From assembly GCF_000150275.1 (NCBI RefSeq), contig NW_002061144.1:1-6839 (forward strand): 6,839 nt of DNA, written 5' to 3'. Shown piece by piece: positions 1 to 6,839 of the stretch; position 1 is the first letter of the stretch; each line of letters begins with the position of its first letter. The position numbers and the translations under genes were made by a program. Below the pieces are notes generated by a model that saw only the letters and a program-made list of their open reading frames with translations, was not told the DNA's origin and did not search any database. The stretch comes from Trichoplax adhaerens (taxonomy: Eukaryota; Animalia; Placozoa).

Positions 1-581
1 GTTCAAGGGATCATTTGTATATTTCTGCAGTATTCATTTCAGCCCAAAGGCTGTCATAATCGCTAAGTGTTTTCTTGCTACTTTATAGATAATTGAAAAC
101 TATTCTTGTTATTTTGTAAACTCTAAGTATGATGAATTATTAAAGATCAAGGATGATTGATTGCACATTACTGCAATATTGATCCACTGCACTATCAGCC
201 TACAGTACAGTGTATGTGTTGCTTGCATTCCTTTAGGTTAATATGAGATGGCTAATTGGAATCATCGACAAATAAATATTTTTGTGCTTTACAGTACGTT
301 CTATTTCAATGATTAGCATGTTCTCTAATGGTCATGCACTACAGGTAGAATGGCTAATTCAATTTTGCATGCGGATTATCGACAGTAGCAAGCCGTCTAT
401 TTTTGATGACCGAACTTGGACAGTTGTTGGGGCTATTTCTCGCTGTTTACTTTAGTAGCTATTTTATCCTGTTTCTAAAGGTCTGCGCTTGCTACACAAA
501 CACACGATTACTTTTCTCTGTTGACATAGTCCAGCGTAGGCAAAACGCAGTAACCATCCTATAAAAATCGCACTCTGTGGT

Positions 582-996
582 GAAGGACGCGCTTTTTCAT
601 GTTATTGCCTTGATGTCTAGCGCACATTGATGGCAGCCACTACAAAATCAACATCTCCCTCAGTCATGTATGTAGAATACACTTTTTCCATGTTATACTC
701 TACATCAAGCTAGCGCACATTGATGGCAGCCATTACGAAATCAACATCTCTTTCTATCATGCATGCAGGACGTACTTTTTCCACGTTACTCTCTTGATAT
801 TGAGCGTACATTGATGGCAGTCATTACCATAGACGTAAAAATATGGTCACAACGAAATCAAGATCTCACTCAGTTATGTACAGTACTCCATGTAGGATGC
901 ATTTTTTTTCAATTTGCTCTCTGGATATCTAGCGCACATTGATGGCACTCACTACGAAATCAAGATCTCACTCAGTCATGTATGTAGGATACACTT
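582..996. repeat. Tandem array 1, ~92-bp unit, ~4.5 diverged copies
   Basis: Anchor AGCG(C/T)ACATTGATGGCA at 619, 712, 803, 931 (spacings 93, 91, 128). Each is followed by AAATCAA(C/G)ATCTC and ATG(T/C)AG(A/G)A. The long third unit has two insertions (~826-847 and 881-890). Confidence 0.95.
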
Positions 997-1018
997 ATGC
1001 TTAGCTTATGCTTAGCTT
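994..1018. repeat. 11-bp perfect tandem duplication (CTTATGCTTAG x2 + CTT)
   Basis: Read directly; it sits at the right boundary of array 1. Confidence 0.9.
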
Positions 1019-1150
1019 GCGAATGTTGTTTACTTACCAATGGATGCCAACTAGACTGAAAAGACATCCATGTATTGGCGCAGTCTATTCCTCTCTTTGG
1101 AGTCAACCTATACTGTACTTATACGAATATATGCAAAGTATCTTTTCTGG

Positions 1151-1600
1151 GCAAGCAAATATGGTTAATATGGAGCTGGGTATCTCGAAATCGCCTTCTC
1201 ATGTGCTAGTGAATACTCGTATTCATATCTTACAGGATGCGGGTAAAAGTAGCAAGATTCTCGAGTCAGTTTGGCAGATTGAAAGATTGCTATCATGATT
1301 GCTGTGGTCATAAAAAGGACATGCTTGATTGATAGTAAGTAATAAAATGGTCTAACTGAGCTAGGTGTCTCACTTTGGCTTCTAAGTTCGAATAATCTAG
1401 CAAACGTTCGTTTATCAATTCTAGTATGTGGGTCAAGATAGCAAGATACGCGTGCCAATTTGGCAGATCAAATAGCTATCATAGTTGCTGTTACTGTTGG
1501 CGGCAAAGCAATCATAAGTGTAGTTGTCCAACTTCATTAGAAATGGGCTAAAAGTGACATTTTGGGAATTTTTATAACGGCCATACTGCCAATAATCCGA
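1151..1600. repeat. Highly diverged tandem array, ~187-bp period, ~2.5 copies
   Basis: Colinear anchors: GAGCT/GAGCT/GGGCT at 1173/1358/1545; TAGCAAGAT at 1250/1439; TTTGGCAGAT at 1270/1459; TTGCTGT at 1299/1485; CA(C/T)TTTGG at 1371/1558. Confidence 0.75.
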
Positions 1601-1617
1601 AGAAGAAAAATCGAATT
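1450..1617 (-). CDS. Possible internal exon encoding an Ig-fold C-terminal-half-like peptide (speculative)
   Basis: Stop-free frame (E)FDFSSSDYWQYGRYKNSQNVTFSPFLMKLDNYTYDCFAANSNSNYDSYLICQIGT. DNYTYDCFAAN resembles the Ig DxGxYxCxAxN motif with G replaced by Y. It is bounded by ctgtag| and |gtatct (168 nt, phase 1-1). However, the splice signals are weak and it overlaps a degenerate repeat. Confidence 0.15.
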
Positions 1618-1619
1618 CT

Positions 1620-2202
1620 ACAGCAATGATATGCACCGTTGTAGTATTGTTGCATTCGATGGACGTAATTTGAATTCATTCATTTTGGAATAATTTATCC
1701 AACAGCAACGAGATGCACTATTGTAGCAGTCTTGCGTGCGATGGGCGTAATTGGAATCCGTTCTAGAATAATTAATCAGCAACGATATGCACTGGTGTAG
1801 CAGTCTTGCATGCGATGGACGTAATTGGAATCCGTTCTAGAATAATTAATCTGCAACGATATGCACTGGTGTAGCAGTCTTGCATGCGATGGACTTAATT
1901 GGAATCTATTCTTGAATAATCGATCAGAAACGATAGGCACTGGTGTGGCAGTCTTGTATGCGATGGACCTAATTGGAATTCATTCTTGAATATTAGTTGA
2001 ACAGCAACGATATGCACTGGTGTAGCAGTCTTGCATTCAGCGGACAGGATTTGAATTCATTTCAATGATTGAATAATTTAACAACTTGCATATACACCAT
2101 TGTAGCAATCTTGCATTCGATGAAGGAGATTTGAATTTATTACAATTAATTATTATTGAATAATTCAACACCAGCCATATGCACCGTTGTAGCATTCTTG
2201 CA
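1620..2202. repeat. Tandem array 2, 74-87-bp unit, ~8 copies
   Basis: Core CAGCAACGATATGCACTGGTGTAGCAGTCTTGCATGCGATGGACGTAATTGGAAT. The ATGCAC-type anchor lies at 1631, 1713, 1787, 1861, 1935, 2012, 2092, 2179 (spacings 82, 74, 74, 74, 77, 80, 87). Central copies are nearly identical. Confidence 0.97.
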
Positions 2203-2397
2203 GTTTTGCAAATGAATTAAAGTCATGATAATTAGAATCTACGCGGAGCTTGCGCTGCAGTGTCATGCTTGTACGGTATAGCTTCTCGTTGATGAAGATG
2301 ACTCCTAACTAAATTGAGTTCAATGCTTACATTCATTTTAAAAGTTTTAACAATCTTTATGGCCCGTATTAGAAATCGATTGGATTAAAGAGAGAGG

Positions 2398-2690
2398 CTA
2401 CAATCTATCGGTAGAATCCCTTCAAGGCATTTGGATGTTACTGACCGAATGCAAAATAGTTGAAATAGTTTCAAGTATTAAAACGACATTTGTATTGAAT
2501 CATCATGTCTGCAATGAGTGTAAAAACCTCTGCAACCTATTCCGTTATTGTAGGGTCCTAAATTTTCTGCTACACAGATAACTGACAGTATTGCCACTTC
2601 GACAATCGACACTGTACGCCTACATCACTTAATAGAGCAAGTCGTAAACTGCTACAGCAATGCTATGTTCCATGATGTCTCATGTCTGCC
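2398..2690. repeat. Faint, old direct duplication (2 copies)
   Basis: Colinear short anchors: CT(A/G)CAA(T/C)CTAT at 2398/2530, ACTGAC at 2440/2581, CAAGT..TAAA at 2472/2638, TCATGTCTGC at 2503/2680. The offset drifts from 132 to 177. Confidence 0.4.
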
Positions 2691-2751
2691 CTCTTCTCAT
2701 GCAAATACACGTATCATTATTTCTGAAAGTATGATTCAAGTTAACATTGAG

Positions 2752-3431
2752 TTTGCCTTCAAACCTTGAAGGAACAACATACGGATGCCACATTGAACAT
2801 AAGCTCTACTATCCTATGCAATTTGCGACCATAAAATGGCAATTGCAAGCTTTCGCTGAACTTGTCCTCAAACCTTGCAGGAAGGAATAACATATGCATG
2901 CTATAATGAACATAAGCTCTGCTATCCTATGCAATTTGCGACCATAAAATGACAATTGAGGCTTTCGCTAAGGAATTGCAGTGACATAATTAAGCTCTGC
3001 CTTGCTATGCATTTGCGACTACAATTGGCGATTTCAAATTTTCGCTGACTTTGCCTTCAACCTTGAAGGAATAACATATGCATGCTACATTGAACATACT
3101 CTAAGCTCTGCTATCCTATGCAATTTGCGACCATAAAATGACAATTGCAAGCTTTCGCTGATTTGTCCTCGAACTTTGAAGGAGTTGCAGTGACAAAGGC
3201 TCTACCTTTCTATGCATTTGCGACCACAATATGCGATTTTAAGTTTTCGCTGACTTTGCCTCAAACCTTGGAGGAATAGTATAATAATTTACTCGATGTA
3301 CGATCACAAATGATAATTTTAAGTTTTCGCTGATTTTGTCTTAAACTCTGAAGAAATAATATTAACCCTACCCTCCTTTCTACAGCATTGCGATCATAAA
3401 TGGCAATTTTAAGCTTTCACTGCTTTGCCTT
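2752..3431. repeat. Tandem array 3, 77-113-bp units, ~7 copies with two alternating subtypes
   Basis: TGCGAC-type anchor at 2824, 2937, 3014, 3126, 3219, 3299, 3389. Shared blocks: TTTG(C/T)CT..AAACCTTGAAGGA, AAGCTCT..., TTTCGCTGA. Confidence 0.95.
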
Positions 3432-3456
3432 TCCTATCTATTTGTGATTATCAATT

Positions 3457-3506
3457 NNNNNNNNNNNNNNNNNNNNNNNNNNNNNNNNNNNNNNNNNNNN
3501 NNNNNN
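3457..3506. other. Assembly gap (50 N)
   Basis: Run of N. Confidence 1.
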
Positions 3507-3636
3507 AATAGCTGACAACGATCCCGCACCATGACACGATTAACTATGATTTGGCATCCATCCCCATGTCGTCTTAGCCAGAATTCGCCGGTATCATAAC
3601 GATAAACATACACTTTAGCTCGAGAATGTAATCGTG

Positions 3637-4126
3637 TTTTAAAGTATTTCAAATAGATAATTTCATCTGAACAATTTCGTAACCAATAGCGAGGTTTCTT
3701 TGTCACCAGCAACATTATTTCTGGCTCGACGAGTCGATTGAGAAGATATGAGAAGATAGATTTTGCTTTTAGTGCAATGATAGAGAATGGGCAAGGATAC
3801 AGTACTTCACTATGCTGCACTTTTATGACTAACTAAGCTAACGGTGCAATGGCAAGTTTAAAAGTATTTCCAATCAATTACAGTATTATTTCATCTCAGC
3901 AGGTTTGTAACCAGTAGCGAGGTTTCTTGCTTATTGCCAATATTATTTCGATATCCTGCCGATGGAGGAAGGGTTCGATTCTACTTTTGGTGCAGAATGA
4001 TAGCCAAGGAGGAGGGAGGCACCATCGTCTCTATGGCATTCCTACTGTAAAGCCTTGTTTTATGTTACTGTATTTTAAAGAAAGAAATGATCACATCTGA
4101 ACAGCTTTGCAATCACTCTATGGTTT
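3637..4126. repeat. Diverged tandem array, ~200-228-bp period, ~2.3 copies
   Basis: AAAGTATTTC at 3641/3861; CATCT(GAA/CAG)CA at 3664/3892/4094; GTAACCA.TAGCGAGGTTTCTT (TAGC at 3687/3915); AATGATAG at 3776/3996. Confidence 0.85.
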
Positions 4127-4509
4127 ATAAGTGATGGTTCTAAGTTGTAACTACTGCTTATAATAATTAATTATTGCTTAATCAAGAGAACGCAGGAAAG
4201 TTTGGATTGTTTCGTTGGAGAAGAACTATGCAAAGCGCTCCATACTGTAACGATGAGAATTAATAACGAATTGTATGGCTTGCGACAGCGTACTTGCAAC
4301 ACGTAACAACGTTCGGTATGAACGATCGATGACGATGCGGGCCAGGCAAAACGGTGGAGTAGCTATGTTAATTAAATAATTAATAACTCATTCCAACTAA
4401 AGAGGGAAGTAAAACGATAGAATATGACTCTGTCATGGGTGATGGATAAGCAGTCATTAGCATCCTGGTGCAATGACTATCACTCTTTTACAGCTTCCTT
4501 CTTATTCAC

Positions 4510-4670
4510 TCCGAATCCGACAACAGTTCGTCTTGCCCAATCCGAATTCCAAAATACCAGTTTTTAACATCCAATCCATTCCGAATCCACAAAATACAAT
4601 TTTCTAAAATCCGACGAGCTATCATCTTGTACTGTATTGGGAAATGGATCCACTGCTGGTATGGTGGATC
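4510..4670. repeat. TCCGA/AATCC motif cluster with short tandem duplication and downstream hairpin
   Basis: TCCGA at 4510, 4516, 4541, 4580, 4610. Segments 4537-4570 and 4571-4610 are related units. GATCCAC (4647-4653) and GTGGATC (4664-4670) form an inverted repeat. Confidence 0.7.
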
Positions 4671-5217
4671 TTGAGGTGGGCCCGTGACACTTTGCATAAA
4701 ATGCAGCTCGCACGTTGTTCAACATGGATTGAAAATTTTACTGTACATACTTCAGCAGAGATCAGGAGAACCGGCAAAGCAATAGAAACATAGTAGAGCA
4801 ACGCAGTGATGCAGCAGAGTAATTAAATGATTCTTTTATATCATAGCAGCTTCACACTATACAGACATTTCAATTTTCTCAATTGCTTAGTAAGGAATGA
4901 TGAGGTGAAAATGTTATAGCTCAATATAACCGTATATTGACAGAATAGGTAAAGTAATACTACTGCCAAATAAGCTCACAATGTATAAAATCTTATAAAT
5001 TGCTTGGATAAAAGTCAGGGAGATATGCACATTACACATGGACAGTTTAAATCTACCGTTAATAACTATTTTTTCCCCTACACAATTGGTTATATCCTCA
5101 GCAATTTGTTGAGAATGACTAGGAATTAATACGGTCATTTCATTTGCATCCATAATACATGGTAATTGAACACTTGCACTGATAATTATTATTAATACTA
5201 TAATTAAAGATCTTTTC

Positions 5218-5305
5218 NNNNNNNNNNNNNNNNNNNNNNNNNNNNNNNNNNNNNNNNNNNNNNNNNNNNNNNNNNNNNNNNNNNNNNNNNNNNNNNNNNN
5301 NNNNN
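5218..5305. other. Assembly gap (88 N)
   Basis: Run of N. Confidence 1.
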
Positions 5306-6839
5306 ACTAATATGGCTAATTGCAAGCTTAGTGAAATAAATAAATTAAAATATATNTGATAAACTACCTCTTTCCTGGTATTATTGCTTAAGCAATTATG
5401 ACAGAACTACAGTACATATTTTAATGCGATTTTTAATCAATCATAGATCACCACATCATTGTATGACTCAGTCTATAGGTAATAATATTAAGCGATAGGA
5501 GATATTAAAGTGGTTCTATTAAAAAATAGGATGCTGTGATTGAATGACTTAAAATATCAAAATCGAACAAAATTAGCAATACCGAAGCTACATAAATAAA
5601 CATTAACAGCAACCAGTACATGATGGGAGTAAATGCTTTTAAATGCATTTTAATATCGTATCTCTATTTGCAATGATTGCAAGTTCTTGGAAATTTTATT
5701 TGTATGGCTTTTTATGATTGGACTGGCTACAGTTGTTTACTATTTACTATTGCGACCTGTTACTGTTGATATTGAAAGACTGTGATATAAGTAAACTTGA
5801 TCAAGTTTTTTACTTTAAAATTTTTGGTTTATTTAAACTGACCTTACATCGATCTTGAGCAGTTTAAAAGAACTCATTTCGCTTTAGCATTTCCCAACAA
5901 AACCGAATTTAGATTCATTTTTTTCCATTAGGATACTTATAAACCTTTTGGGGATCATCAAAATCTAAATCTAGCATATCTGTAATAGGCGGTTACTGAC
6001 ATATATATGATCATGCAGAAATTCACTACGAACTATAAAATTTCTTATTTCTGATTTTTATGTGTACATGCTGGGCTAAAGGTACATAGATTCCCAGAAA
6101 TTCTACTAGAATATTGTTTATCATATATATTACGTAATATCTTATCATACATAATTTATAGATTCTACTGCCCTTCGCACTTATAAACACTCTTCTCTTA
6201 TTTACGTACATAAACGTGTCCGAGTAAGTCATAACATTATCATATGACTACCATGAGATGTTAATATCCTTTACAAGTAGCTTATAATTATACTTTTAAT
6301 ATAGTATACTGTAATAAACAGCATGACACTAGATAACTTTTATTTTTACACTTATAACTGAAACTTAAACAATGATTCAATTGAACGAAACAGCATGCAC
6401 AAAGAGGAAAATTTTGATCAATTTTCTTGTTTAACTTAGACTTAGTATTGATATACAGAGTTATCTCATTATCTATCTGCATAGAATCCACGTACGGTAA
6501 AATTGATGATAATTAGCTTACCTCCGCTTTATTTACTTATTTCATCTTTTTTGATGAAACCTTACATTTTTACTTTCTCTTAATTTCGACAAATTCTTAG
6601 TAAATAATAATGATATCGATTCCATGCTGTAACTAAGCCAGAATTTTCTGTTTGGTATCGTAAGACTTTGAACTTGGTTACAACATTCAATAGAAGCAGA
6701 ATCTTTTATTTCAAATCTCGGCTATATACTAAAATATTAGAAATAAGAAATACTACAATTGCAGCATTTCCTTTTTTATTGCGTGAATGTGGACATATAA
6801 TTTTCTATTTACATAAATATTGAATGAATGCAAATGTAG

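Noticed and set aside
614-814. Open frames through array 1 (+: AHIDGSHYKINISL...; -: EKVYSTYMTEGDVDFVVAAINVR)
   Set aside because: No start codon on +, frameshift between copies (91-bp unit), stop at the end of most minus-strand units, and no recognisable domain.
1031-1113. Strong minus-strand donor TTG|GTAAGTA with a possible exon LTPKRGIDCANTWMSFQSSWHPL
   Set aside because: Poor acceptor, unrecognisable peptide, and no coherent gene model can be supported without RNA data.
1008-1458. ORFs 1008-1298(+) and 1165-1458(-)
   Set aside because: Short, no recognisable motifs, and they overlap the ~187-bp repeat whose copies do not keep the frame.
1620-2202. CRISPR array (conserved core with variable spacing)
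   Set aside because: The linkers are homologous to each other rather than unique spacers, the cores are degenerate, no cas genes are present, and the context looks eukaryotic.
2237-2276. + strand IYAELALQCHACT resembling a Ly6/three-finger N-terminus
   Set aside because: Stop follows almost immediately; no signal-peptide exon or remaining cysteine-rich exon found.
2752-3431. Decayed leucine-rich-repeat (NLR-like) coding array; the + strand reads NGNCKLSLNLSSNL
   Set aside because: In-frame stops, unit lengths mostly not multiples of 3 or of the ~84-bp RI-like LRR period, and wrong LxxLxL spacing.
3434-3820. 128-aa minus-strand ORF
   Set aside because: Non-ATG start, runs through an N gap and a repeat unit, no recognisable domain.
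3915-3983. Pol III B-box-like GGTTCGATTCT suggesting tRNA/SINE
   Set aside because: The T-stem does not pair, the A-box is poor, there is no cloverleaf, and the motif is absent from the sister repeat copy.
5684-5786. Hydrophobic + strand peptide FLEILFVWLFMIGLATVVYYLLLRPVTVDIERL as a terminal transmembrane exon
   Set aside because: T-rich DNA yields hydrophobic translations by default; the acceptor is weak and there is no upstream exon support.
4506-6491. Remaining short ORFs (4506-4697, 4914-5153, 5140-5325, 6026-6232, 6288-6491) and scattered splice-like signals (e.g. minus donor near 6521, minus acceptor near 5980)
   Set aside because: Lengths and I/Y/K/N-rich composition are as expected by chance in AT-rich DNA; one spans a gap; no consistent exon chain.

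Overview
AT-rich, apparently eukaryotic draft-assembly sequence (N gaps at 3457-3506 and 5218-5305). I can recognise no protein-coding gene, RNA gene, CRISPR array or intact mobile element. The supplied ORFs are short and mostly look like chance. The dominant structure is a run of at least five different, internally diverged tandem-repeat arrays between ~582 and ~4126, with periods of ~92, ~187, ~74-87, ~77-113 and ~220 bp. They cover roughly three-quarters of that span, and there are two fainter duplications. Two arrays carry a per-unit imperfect stem-loop; one has an A/B higher-order structure with a possible compensatory base change. Weak leads: an Ig-F-strand-like peptide in a possible minus-strand exon, a LINE-ORF1-like peptide, and a TCCGA motif cluster with a hairpin. 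Sequence beyond ~4800 is very AT-rich and largely featureless (intron/intergenic-like). No novel system can be established from sequence alone.
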